A stretch of 64,000 bases of DNA, taken from the NCBI GenBank assembly GCA_964654855.1, contig CAZZJS010000004.1, forward strand, positions 133,146-197,145. The letters run 5' to 3'. How positions within the stretch are numbered: position 1 is the stretch's first letter; each line of letters starts with the position of its first letter. Below, piece by piece: positions 47,287 through 57,500 of this stretch. The notes under the pieces are model-generated. The model made no database searches, was not told the origin of the DNA, and worked only from the letters and a program-made list of their open reading frames with translations. The DNA comes from an uncultured Rickettsiales bacterium (GTDB taxonomy: Bacteria; Pseudomonadota; Alphaproteobacteria; Rickettsiales; JALZUV01). Position numbers and translations under genes: made by a program.

Positions 47287-48570
47287 ATGCTCCGCTTTTC
47301 ATCTATTCTTGCATGGTGTCAAATTTACTTTCATCCGAAAGTGCTTGCTGTCATGTTTTTGGGCTTTTCTAGCGGTTTGCCACGGTTACTGGTGGCTTCA
47401 ACTTTAGGAGCCTTGCTCACAGATAATGCGGTGGAGATGACCACGGTGGGTTTATTTGCTTATGTCGCTTTGCCATATAGTTTCAATTTTCTTTGGGCTC
47501 CTTTGGTGGATTATTTCTCCATTCCGTATCTTACAAAGAAACTAGGCCATCGTCGTAGTTGGATGTTGCTCACGCAAATTTTACTTAGCATGGCGCTTGT
47601 AATTTTGGCCTTTATTAATCCAGCGGAAGCGCCGCTTTATGTGGCTGCTGCTGCGCTTTTAGTGGCGTTTCTTTCAGCCAGTCAAGATATTGTGATTGAT
47701 GCCTTTCGTACGGAATATCTCGATAAATCGCAATATGGTGAAGGGGCGGCAATGGCGGTATTTGGTTATCGTTTAGGTATGCTCGTTGCGGGTGCTGGTG
47801 CTCTCTATATGGCTGAGATGGTTGATTGGTCGAGTGCCTATCTGGCAATGGCGGCATGCATGATCGTAGGAATGATTACGACGTTAATGGTGAGTAACCC
47901 AAAAGAACGTGCCAAGTTAGCGACTCACTCTGCGCAAGAAGGATTCTTTAAGGGAGCTATTATCGCACCGTTTAAAGACTTTATAACACGTTTTCCGGCA
48001 TGGGTTTGGCTGCTTGCGTTCATCTTATTTTATCGTTTATCGGATGGTTTTATCGGTTTTATGACCACGCCATTTTTCCTGCAAATTGGGTTTGATAAAC
48101 CAACTATTGCCGGTATTGCCAAGCTCTTCGGTTTTGGTGCGACGCTGGGCGGGATGTTCCTCGGTGGGGCGATGATTGCCAAGCTTGGGCTATTTACCTC
48201 GCTTTGGAGCTTCGCACTTTTCCAGCTTGTGGCGAATTTAGCTTATTTGGCACTTTCCATTATTGGTAAAGATGTAGGCGCACTCACTTTTGCCATTACC
48301 ATGGATAATCTATCCGGTGGTATGGTTACTGCTGCGGCTATCGCCTTTATGATGCGTCTGTGCCAGAGTGATCATTACACTGCCACGCAATATGCGTTAC
48401 TCGCCTCGCTTGCGAGTCTGGGTAGTATCGTTATGGCGGGTGGCGCAGGTTGGATTGCGCAGGAGTATGGTTGGACGGCTATGTTTGGCCTTTCGGCATT
48501 GCTTGGGCTACCGTGCCTTTTCATTTTTTGGAAAAAACGAATCATGTTCCGCGAGCTTGCTGAATCGTAA
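47287..48570 (+). CDS. ampG: AmpG-family MFS muropeptide permease
   Basis: 427 aa, about 12 TM helices. LGHRRSWMLLTQ and the overall AmpG pattern. Confidence 0.8.
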   Translation: MLRFSSILAWCQIYFHPKVLAVMFLGFSSGLPRLLVASTLGALLTDNAVEMTTVGLFAYVALPYSFNFLWAPLVDYFSIPYLTKKLGHRRSWMLLTQILLSMALVILAFINPAEAPLYVAAAALLVAFLSASQDIVIDAFRTEYLDKSQYGEGAAMAVFGYRLGMLVAGAGALYMAEMVDWSSAYLAMAACMIVGMITTLMVSNPKERAKLATHSAQEGFFKGAIIAPFKDFITRFPAWVWLLAFILFYRLSDGFIGFMTTPFFLQIGFDKPTIAGIAKLFGFGATLGGMFLGGAMIAKLGLFTSLWSFALFQLVANLAYLALSIIGKDVGALTFAITMDNLSGGMVTAAAIAFMMRLCQSDHYTATQYALLASLASLGSIVMAGGAGWIAQEYGWTAMFGLSALLGLPCLFIFWKKRIMFRELAES

Positions 48571-48591
48571 AAACTCCTCTAGCGTGGCGCT

Positions 48592-49524
48592 ATGATGAAA
48601 AAGTTACTGACTATCTTATTGGCATTAAGCCTGACCGCATGTTTGGAAGATGAAAGCAGTGTTTCGCATGAGCTAATGGCGCAAGCTGATATAGCAGGTG
48701 GTTATGCGATGGAACAAGCCATGGCAATGCCTGCTGCTCCTGTAATGGCTAAGCAGAAGCGAACGATGAAAGCTTCTAATATGGTGTTGGATCGCTCTAA
48801 ATTTGAAGGTCGCCGTATTGCGGAGAATCACCATATGCGGGTGCAAGTGCCGAAAAAATCACTACAGGCACGCTATCAACGCGATATGGAAAAATGTATT
48901 GCATTGGGTTGCGATATGACAGGGTCACGTATTCAAAGCAGCGGCAGTGGTTACTTGAATGCGCGCATCATGCCAGAAAAACTGGGTGAATACCTTGATT
49001 TCTTAAGTAATGGTCCAGGTGAAGTCGAGAGCCATCAGGTTTCAGCGACGGATAAAACGATGCAGTATGTTGATACGGAGTCGAAATTGAAAAACCAAGT
49101 AGCGCTGCGTGATCGTCTACTTAAACTTCTAGAGAGTTATAAAGCGCGTAAAATTCAAGAAATTTTAAATATTGAGCGTGAATTAACCCGTGTTCAGGGG
49201 CAAATTGATTCTCTCACAGGCCAAATGCGTTCATTACAAAAAGTAACGAGCAAAGCCACGGTTAATGTGAATTATACGATCCCACCAAAGGGTGTTGAGA
49301 TTAAATATCACGATATTGAGAATAGCTTGAGATACGCTTGGAATGGGTTCTTACGCTCGGTATCGGATGTGATTGCCTTTGTATTAAAGATTATCCCGTG
49401 GATTCCGATTTGGTTTGTTGGCGGGTGGCTGTTTGTGAAAATTTTCCGTTTCGCTTTTCGCAAAGCGGGTGGATCTTTAAGTAAGTTGATGTTTTGGAAG
49501 AAAGATACGGCTGCAAAGAAGTAG
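48592..49524 (+). CDS. DUF4349-like lipoprotein (coiled coil plus C-terminal TM helices)
   Basis: 310 aa. Lipobox LSLTAC, a central coiled coil (TESKLKNQVALRDRLLKLL...ELTRVQGQIDSLTGQM) and C-terminal hydrophobic helices. Confidence 0.55.
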   Translation: MMKKLLTILLALSLTACLEDESSVSHELMAQADIAGGYAMEQAMAMPAAPVMAKQKRTMKASNMVLDRSKFEGRRIAENHHMRVQVPKKSLQARYQRDMEKCIALGCDMTGSRIQSSGSGYLNARIMPEKLGEYLDFLSNGPGEVESHQVSATDKTMQYVDTESKLKNQVALRDRLLKLLESYKARKIQEILNIERELTRVQGQIDSLTGQMRSLQKVTSKATVNVNYTIPPKGVEIKYHDIENSLRYAWNGFLRSVSDVIAFVLKIIPWIPIWFVGGWLFVKIFRFAFRKAGGSLSKLMFWKKDTAAKK

Positions 49525-49556
49525 CTGAAATCATTAATCTATGTTAATATAGATAT

Positions 49557-49919
49557 ATGGTTAGTATTTTACAGACAACGGCTCTTTTTGGCTCAGCAGT
49601 TTCGACGCTAGGTAATAGCGGGCAACAATCTGTTTTTAACCAGCAAGATGCGACGCTTGCGACCATCACCACAGATTTGCTAAATGCTGAGTTTAATATT
49701 GATCAACCAGCAGTGACGACAAGTTTTAGTCAGGAGCTTATTAGTTTCATTAATGATAATCTTGATGAAAATGTGGCGGAATCGTTACTGGCTGATATTG
49801 CTGCGATTGATAATTTCAATGGCGTTAGCAATGAGAGCGATAATGAAGGCAGTGAAGGCCTGACTGCTGCGAGTGAGCTTTTTGGCAATCAAGGCAACAT
49901 CCTCGACTTACTCGCCTAA
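49557..49919 (+). CDS. Hypothetical strongly acidic protein with no basic residues (120 aa)
   Basis: The translation has 17 Asp+Glu and no Lys, Arg, His, Cys, Trp or Tyr. It is the only ORF in the gap, with no clear SD. Confidence 0.45.
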   Translation: MVSILQTTALFGSAVSTLGNSGQQSVFNQQDATLATITTDLLNAEFNIDQPAVTTSFSQELISFINDNLDENVAESLLADIAAIDNFNGVSNESDNEGSEGLTAASELFGNQGNILDLLA

Positions 49920-49935
49920 TCTAAAAATTTGAATT

Positions 49936-51483
49936 CTAGTGACGGAAGTGGCGAATACCAGTCGTTACCATCACCATGCCGTGCTTATCTGCAGCGGCGA
50001 TGACCTCTTCGTCACGAATTGAGCCACCTGGTTGAACGAGAGCGGAAATGCCTGCATCAGCGGCGCGGTGTACATTGTCATCGAATGGGAAGAAAGCATC
50101 AGAGGCAAGTACGGCGCCTTTAGTGGATAGGCCTGCTTCCTCGGCTTTCCAGCAAGCAATCCGAACGGAATCCACGCGGCTCATTTGACCGGCACCAATG
50201 CCGATTGTTGCGCCGTCACGTGCAATGACAATGGCGTTAGATTTCACATGTTTACAAATACGGAAGGCGAATAGGAGATCTTCAAGCTGTTCAGTCTCAG
50301 GCTTTGCAGCTGAAACTGTTGTAAGGTCAGATTCGCTAATACGCTTTGAATCAGCATCTTGAAGCAAAATGCCACCTGAAATCTGTGTCGTCATAAGAGG
50401 TTTGCTATCTGTTGGTAGTAAGCCACCCGCATCCAATAAACGAAGATTCTTTTTCTTAGTGAGTGCCTCTGCCGCTTCAGATTCCACTGATGGTGCAATA
50501 ATAACCTCGGCAAAGAGCTTGCCCATAGCTTCTACAAATTCAGCCGTAAGCGGTTGATTGACAGCAATAATCCCGCCATATGCCGATACAGGATCGCAAG
50601 CGAGTGCCTTGTGGAAGGCTTCAACGATATTGGAACCTAATGCTACGCCGCAAGGGTTGGCATGCTTAATAATCGCGACACAAGGTTCAGAAAACTCATT
50701 AGCGAGTGCCCAAGCGGCATCGGTGTCGTTTAAATTGTTATAACTGAGCTCTTTGCCCTGCAACTGCTTTGCACCGGCTAATGTGCCCGCTTTAGCATCG
50801 CTTTTATAAAGTGCGGCACTTTGATGGGGGTTTTCACCATAGCGAAGAACGGAATCTAACTGTGCCGATTGACTAAATTGTGCAGGAAACTGTATATCTT
50901 GAGAGGATGCCAACCATTTAGAAATGGCCGAATCGTAATGAGCTGTGAGCGAAAATGCCTTTAAGGCGAGTGATTTGCGGAACTCTAACGTGGTTGCATC
51001 ATTATTGGCCTCTAATTCGGCTAATACCGCATCGTAATCGGCCGGATCCGTTACAATGGTAACATGTGCGTGGTTCTTGGCAGAGGCGCGCAGCATAGCA
51101 GGGCCACCAATATCAATATTTTCAACCGTTTCGCTGTAATCAGCGCCACGCGCAACCGTCGCTTCAAACGGATAGAGATTGAGCACAACCAAGTCGATAC
51201 CGGTAATATCATGTTCATCCATTGCCGCAAGATGCTCTGATTTGTCACGATCCGCGAGGATTCCCCCATGAATTTTCGGGTGGAGGGTTTTAACACGGCC
51301 ATCCATAATCTCGGGAAAGTCAGTGACAGAAGAAACATCGATGACGTCTAGACCCGCCTCGCGCAAGGCTTTAGCTGTGCCGCCAGTGGAAAGCAGAGTA
51401 ATATTTTTTTCAGCCAACGCTTTCGCGAAAGGCACAAGGTTTGTTTTATCTGAAACAGAAAGAAGGGCGCGTTTAATAGTCAT
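49936..51483 (-). CDS. purH: Bifunctional AICAR transformylase / IMP cyclohydrolase
   Basis: 515 aa. Full-length PurH, ending GIRHFRH. Confidence 0.97.
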   Translation of the reverse strand: MTIKRALLSVSDKTNLVPFAKALAEKNITLLSTGGTAKALREAGLDVIDVSSVTDFPEIMDGRVKTLHPKIHGGILADRDKSEHLAAMDEHDITGIDLVVLNLYPFEATVARGADYSETVENIDIGGPAMLRASAKNHAHVTIVTDPADYDAVLAELEANNDATTLEFRKSLALKAFSLTAHYDSAISKWLASSQDIQFPAQFSQSAQLDSVLRYGENPHQSAALYKSDAKAGTLAGAKQLQGKELSYNNLNDTDAAWALANEFSEPCVAIIKHANPCGVALGSNIVEAFHKALACDPVSAYGGIIAVNQPLTAEFVEAMGKLFAEVIIAPSVESEAAEALTKKKNLRLLDAGGLLPTDSKPLMTTQISGGILLQDADSKRISESDLTTVSAAKPETEQLEDLLFAFRICKHVKSNAIVIARDGATIGIGAGQMSRVDSVRIACWKAEEAGLSTKGAVLASDAFFPFDDNVHRAADAGISALVQPGGSIRDEEVIAAADKHGMVMVTTGIRHFRH

Positions 51484-51493
51484 GGGCTGCTGC

Positions 51494-53356
51494 TTAATGG
51501 CTTAAAGTAAGTTTGTCTAGTGTCTGTCGAGCTTTATCTGAATCACGCTTTTCGCATTGATTCGAAAGAGTGGTGAGTTTCTTTTTCAGTGCGGCTAGAC
51601 TGATTTCATCAGCTTTAGAAAGGGTGATGCTATCATGAGCGGTAGGAGCTAAGTTTTCTTCTTCATAAAATAATTCTTCATGCATTTTCTCACCTGGGCG
51701 AAGGCCGGTATATTCAATGGAAATTTCATCTTCTGAAAGGCCAGCAAGCTGGATCATTTGGTGAGCAAGATCATCAATTTTAACTGGCGTTCCCATATCA
51801 AGCACGTAAAGGCCGGCATTTTCATCTGCCTCAAAACCAAGGCTGGCAGCCTGTAATACGAGCCCCACTGCTTCGCGCACCGTCATGAAATAGCGCGTCA
51901 TATCCTTATGGGTGACAGTAATTGGGCCGCCGCGTTCCAACTGTTTTTGGAAGCGCGGAACGACCGAGCCAGTACTGCCTAACACATTGCCGAAACGCAC
52001 CGCAACGAAGCGCGTAGAGCCTTTCTCTGTCGCCATAGCTTGCATGATGGTTTCAGCCAGACGTTTGGTTTGTCCCATCACGCTAGAAGGTTTTACGGCC
52101 TTATCGGTGGAAATAAGTACCATCGCCTCCGATTTATATTTTGCGGCCGCCTGTGCAATGGCAAAACTGCCCAGAGCATTGGTGGTAATCGTTTCGACCG
52201 GATTTGCTTCGGCCAAGGGCACATGTTTAAGAGCGGCAGCATGAAATACAATTTGCGGATGATGTTTTTTGAAAATTTCATCCACTCGTGCGCTGTTACG
52301 AATATCGCCAAGATACGCACTGAATAAGCAATCGGGAAAGTGATCTACCAGCTCGCGCTCCATTAAATAAAGAAGATATTCGCTATGCTCAAAGAGGATG
52401 ATTTCTTTCGGTTTAAAACCAGCAAGCTGTCGAACCAGCTCACCGCCAATGGTGCCACCCGCACCAGTAACGAGCACGGTTTTGCCATTGACCAATGTTT
52501 TTACGCCAGAAACATCTTGTACTTTTTGCGGACGACGCAAGAGATCTTCTACCTGAATGGGCTTAGTTTCGAGCTTCTCCACCGTGTTTGATTGTAGCTC
52601 CAACGTTTGGGCAATACGCGAAAGTGGCAGACCGAGCTGCTCGCATTCTTCCAGTAATTGACGAACCGATTCACCTGAGGGGCGGGATTCAGCTAAGACG
52701 ACCCTTTGTGGCTTGCGGCCTTTACGTTCTAGTTTCTGGACGATACGCGTGAGCACATCCGTACCGCCATAGATACGTACTCCATGCACTTGTTGGCCGC
52801 GTCGTGTTGAGTCATCGTCCACCAAGCCAACCACGAGGTAGGGCGCATGTGCATTGCGACGTGATTCGCGGATGAAAAGTTCAGAGGCATCATTCGCGCC
52901 AATCATAAGAACGGGAACTTTATGCGGTGCGGCTAAAGTGAAGTCGAGCCCTAGGCGTCGATCTTTCGCCATACGATATAAAAAGCGCGGACCGCCCAGC
53001 ATGGCTAATAATAAGAGCCAATGGATAGCAGGTACCGAGCGTGGCACGCCCTCTAAGCGAGTAGCGAAGAAAAGCGCGAGATAAAAAAGGATAATGACAA
53101 TCGTCGCGGCTTTGGTCAGGGTGAGGAGGTCTTGCATGGAAGCGTATCTCCACAACCCGCGATAAAGACCTGAGGCGATAAAGATAAATCCAGCAAATAG
53201 GATGAAAGGCAGGATAGCGTGAGTGATCATTTCACCACTAAAATCCATCATTAAATCACCAAGGCGCAAATAATGTGCAAGCCAAAAACTTACTCCAGCA
53301 ATGAGTAAGTCGTGAATGAGCGCCGCACCGCTTCGCCAGTTACGCGGAAAGTGCAT
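51494..53356 (-). CDS. Membrane-bound nucleotide-sugar 4,6-dehydratase (CapD/WbpM/PglF family)
   Basis: N-terminal TM helices plus an SDR domain [18 protein letters not shown]. Start moved from 53485 to ATG 53356, a 17-nt overlap with the upstream gene. Confidence 0.85.
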   Translation of the reverse strand: MHFPRNWRSGAALIHDLLIAGVSFWLAHYLRLGDLMMDFSGEMITHAILPFILFAGFIFIASGLYRGLWRYASMQDLLTLTKAATIVIILFYLALFFATRLEGVPRSVPAIHWLLLLAMLGGPRFLYRMAKDRRLGLDFTLAAPHKVPVLMIGANDASELFIRESRRNAHAPYLVVGLVDDDSTRRGQQVHGVRIYGGTDVLTRIVQKLERKGRKPQRVVLAESRPSGESVRQLLEECEQLGLPLSRIAQTLELQSNTVEKLETKPIQVEDLLRRPQKVQDVSGVKTLVNGKTVLVTGAGGTIGGELVRQLAGFKPKEIILFEHSEYLLYLMERELVDHFPDCLFSAYLGDIRNSARVDEIFKKHHPQIVFHAAALKHVPLAEANPVETITTNALGSFAIAQAAAKYKSEAMVLISTDKAVKPSSVMGQTKRLAETIMQAMATEKGSTRFVAVRFGNVLGSTGSVVPRFQKQLERGGPITVTHKDMTRYFMTVREAVGLVLQAASLGFEADENAGLYVLDMGTPVKIDDLAHQMIQLAGLSEDEISIEYTGLRPGEKMHEELFYEEENLAPTAHDSITLSKADEISLAALKKKLTTLSNQCEKRDSDKARQTLDKLTLSH

Positions 53357-54425
53357 CGCCTTGAGGTGTGAGAACGGTTTGTTCAGCGGGCTTTTTAGCA
53401 TTGAGCAATATAACCCAACCAATAAAGCTAATAGCATAAGCGATAGCAGTAATGTGAGGCGCATAGGCTGCTTCGATAGAAGCAAAAACAGCTAATACTA
53501 CAAGCGCTACATTAAGTGAGGCAATGCGAATAACAACCCAGTCGTGACTATATCCACCGCGCACCGCTTTTTGATAGGCGTGCTGTGAATGCGCTTCCCA
53601 TACTTTTTGTCCGGTAAGGAGGCGCTTAAGGAAAGTTAATCCACCATCGATTAAATAATAAGCTGGTAGAATTAATGCTGCCGCCCAATAACCTTCCGCT
53701 GCTAGTTGTAGAAGGAAAAAGCCAAGTAAGAAGCCTAACGCGACACTTCCGACATCGCCTAAAAATAACTTTGCAGGATGCCAGTTTAGCATCAAGAACC
53801 CAGCTATGGCAGAAGCTAGGATCAACCCTTCTACTCCTAACACACGAATGCCGCTGACAAAGAAAGATAGGATAAATAAGCCAAGCCCAATTGAAAGAGT
53901 TTCAGCCCCTGCAATGCCATCAATTCCATCCATAAAATTAAATAAATTCATAAAACCAACAAGCAAGAATCCGGCGAGTAATTTATCAGCAATGGGCGAA
54001 AGCAATCCTTGGAAAATTAAGCCATCAAACAGTGTATCGACCAGACCATTGGGTAAGAACAATAACAAAACGGCAAGAATTTGAATCAATAAACGCCATT
54101 TAATATCAACCCCTTCGCGATCATCCATAAAAGAAATGACAGCAATGCCTGTTGCTGCGAGCAATAAAGTTGAAGGGGTGCCGGCTACACATAAAAAACC
54201 AATGATCGAAATCATTACAGCAATGCCACCACCGCGAGGCGTTGGAATTTCGTGATTACTGCGCTCGTTTGGCTCATCTAATAGTTCTGCAGAAACGAGG
54301 GCATAGCGTACTAAATGCGACCCAATCCATGAGAATAGAAAAGCAGAGGCTACCAAGGTAATGCTGTAAAGAACAAATAACATGGTTGCGGTATAGCCTA
54401 AGCGCCGCGAAGTTTCAATTATCAT
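53340..54425 (-). CDS. Polyprenyl-phosphate N-acetylhexosamine-1-phosphate transferase (WbpL/WecA, MraY-like GT4 family)
   Basis: 361 aa and polytopic. NLFNFMDGIDGIAG motif. Confidence 0.85.
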   Translation of the reverse strand: MIIETSRRLGYTATMLFVLYSITLVASAFLFSWIGSHLVRYALVSAELLDEPNERSNHEIPTPRGGGIAVMISIIGFLCVAGTPSTLLLAATGIAVISFMDDREGVDIKWRLLIQILAVLLLFLPNGLVDTLFDGLIFQGLLSPIADKLLAGFLLVGFMNLFNFMDGIDGIAGAETLSIGLGLFILSFFVSGIRVLGVEGLILASAIAGFLMLNWHPAKLFLGDVGSVALGFLLGFFLLQLAAEGYWAAALILPAYYLIDGGLTFLKRLLTGQKVWEAHSQHAYQKAVRGGYSHDWVVIRIASLNVALVVLAVFASIEAAYAPHITAIAYAISFIGWVILLNAKKPAEQTVLTPQGDALSA

Positions 54426-54535
54426 GACTCATTAATATAGAGATGGTATTTTTGACTTGCTTGGGTTAAAAACCCGCGCCATCGTGGATTAAAATCAACA
54501 GAAGGCTTGAACCGAAAGGTTTGAGAAGGGCAAGA

Positions 54536-57500
54536 ATGCCAAAAAATTATACGAGCCAAGTGAAAAGTCACTTGAAAAAGATAGATGCTGCTTTGGGGAA
54601 AAAAGCGAGTAAAGATTTTAAATTTTTTACGCAGAGTTTTTACCATAAAATGCCAGTGATAGACCTAAAGAGCTTATCACCAGAAGATGCAGCAGCTATC
54701 GCTAAAGAAGCATATCAATTTGCTGCTCAACACAAGGCAAAGCAAATCAAAGTTGATTTATCAGAAGATGAAAAAGGGCGAGTTATCCTTAGCCTTCTAA
54801 ATGATGATATGCCGTTTTTGGTGGATTCGGTAACGGCGGAGTTAAGCCGCTTGGGGTTGACACCAATGCGTACGATCCACCCAATTCTCAATCTTAAGCG
54901 CGATGCAAAGGGCAAATATCTGAGTGTAGCGGGTGGAAAAGATAAAGAATTTGCCCGCGAATCTTTTATACGTTTTGAATTTATTAGCCTGCCAGAAAAT
55001 CTTACTAAGAAAGATATTAAACAAAAGCTTGAGAGTGTTCTAAAGGTGCTTCAGCGCGTAGTTGCTGACTGGCAGCTAATGGTAGAGCGTGCTCATGAAA
55101 CGGTGGCGACTTTAGCAACCGATAACCCGAAAAGCAATGAAGTGACGGAAGTCACAGATTTTCTTAATTGGTTGATTGATGGGAACTTTATTTTCCTCGG
55201 TGCAGTGGATTATGATTTTAGCGATGGCAAAAAAGATTTCCGTATTGTGAAAAATACGGAACAGGGCGTATTTGCTATGGATGATTTTCCGCTTAAGCCG
55301 AAAGGTTACACGGCGATGCCAGCGGAATCTAAGCATTTTGCCTTACAGCCGCATCTATTAGAAATTACTAAATCAAACACCATTTCGGTGGTGCATCGCC
55401 CAGTGCAAATGGATTATATCGGCATTAAGCGGTTCGATAAAAAGGGTAAGGTGATTGGCGAACGTCGATTCCTTGGGCTTTTCACCTCGAATGTTTATTT
55501 CCAAAGTGCGGAGCGAATTCCAATTATTCGCCGCAAGCTTGATCAGGTCATGAAGCGAGCGAATTTTGATCCGAATAGCCATGATGGCAAAGCATTAAAA
55601 ACGATCCTTGAATTTGCTCCACGTGACGAAATGTTCCAAATGTCGGAAGCAGATGTGTTTAATTACGCTATCGGCGTGCTTTCGGTTGAAGCAAGCCCGC
55701 AGGTGCACCTGTTTGTACGAAAAGATATTTTTGAGCGCTTTGTTAGTTGTATGGTGTTTGTCCCGCGCGACCATTTCAACACTGCTTTGCGCGAAAAGAT
55801 TCAGAATATTCTGGCAGAACGATTGCAAGGCGAAGTAAGTGATTTTTATACGCAAATGACTGATTCGCCTTTGGCGCGCGTGCATTTAATCATTAAAACT
55901 AAGCCTGGCCATATTCCGACCTTGCCGATTGATGCGCTGGAGCGAGAAATTGCGAAAGTTACCTATGACTGGCAGGAGAAACTTCGCCGAGAGCTTGTTA
56001 AGCAACATGGTGAGAAAGAGTCTGAATCAATATTCCAAGCTTATAAAGATGCATTCAGCCCATCTTATGGGCAATATTACGAACCGCGTAATGGCATGCA
56101 TGATATTACTAAAATTCGCCAAATTATTGCGAATACCAGCATGGGGATTGAGCTTTATCACAGCAAACATGAGCCTGAAGGTACACTACACCTAAAATTC
56201 TATAATCCGGAATCTCAAGCCGCTTTATCAGAGATTTTGCCAATGTTAGAAAATCTCGGCTTCCATGTGATTGATGAACATCCGTTTCGTGTAACACCGA
56301 AGAATGAAGGGGTGCGCGAAATTTGGGTGCGTGACTTTACCTTAGAACTAAAATCAGCGCAGCCAAATTTAGATATCCAAGCACTTAAACCGCTTTTAGA
56401 AGAGATTCTCCTTCGTATTTGGGAAGGCCAAGCTGATAATGATGGCTTTAATGCTTTAGCATTATTGGGCGGATTTGACTGGCGTCAAATTAGCTTGTTA
56501 CGCGCTTACAGCCGTTATGCCCGACAAACGAAAATAAGTTACTCTAATAAGGCGATGGTTAACGCGCTTACAGCGCATCCTAATATTGCTACCGCTCTAA
56601 TGGCCTATTTTGAGGCAAGGTTTGATCCTAAGCTGAATGAGCAAAAAACCATCGCTACAAAGGTTGAAAAGGCAGAAAAAGATATTGAGTCTTTATTAGA
56701 GGATGTTTCCAATCTGGAAGAAGATACAATTCTGCGCATTTTCCGTGATCTAATTAAAGCGACTTGGCGTACGAATTATTACCAGACTGATGCGAATGGT
56801 AAGGTGAAAGATTATATTTCCTTCAAATTTAACTCAGCAATCGTGCCAGAGATACCGCTTCCACGCCCATTTGCTGAGATTTTTGTTTACTCACGCCGAG
56901 TGGAGGGGATTCATCTGCGTGGTGGCAAAGTGGCGCGCGGTGGATTGCGCTGGTCAGATCGCCGTGAAGATTATCGTACCGAAGTGCTGGGTCTGATGAA
57001 GGCGCAAATGGTAAAGAATGCCGTGATTGTACCAGTAGGTTCAAAGGGTGGGTTTGTGCTCAAGCAGCCACCAACGGGCGGCGGTCGAGAAGCTTTTATG
57101 GCAGAAGGTATTTCTTGCTATCAGACCTTCCTACGCGGCTTGCTTGATGTGACGGATAATTTGATCAAAGGCAAAGTAGTGCCACCCAAACAAGTGGTGC
57201 GTCATGATGAGGATGATCCGTATCTCGTTGTAGCTGCAGATAAAGGCACAGCCAGCTTCTCTGACTATGCCAATGCTATTTCTGAAGAATATAATTTCTG
57301 GCTTGGTGATGCGTTCGCTTCAGGCGGATCAGTTGGCTATGACCATAAAGCAATGGGAATTACTGCCAAAGGAGGGTGGATTTCCGTTCAACGCCACTTC
57401 CGCGAAATGGGAATTGATACGCAGAGTGAAGATTTCACGGTGATGGGCATAGGTGATATGTCTGGCGATGTATTTGGCAATGGTATGTTATTAAGCCAGC

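Noticed and set aside
53357-53485. A 43-codon N-terminal extension of the CapD-like ORF, along with similar extensions at 24182-24346, 28836-28949, 39165-39224 and 44777-44812.
   Set aside because: Each extension overlaps the neighbouring gene or lacks homology to the family N-terminus. I chose internal starts instead.
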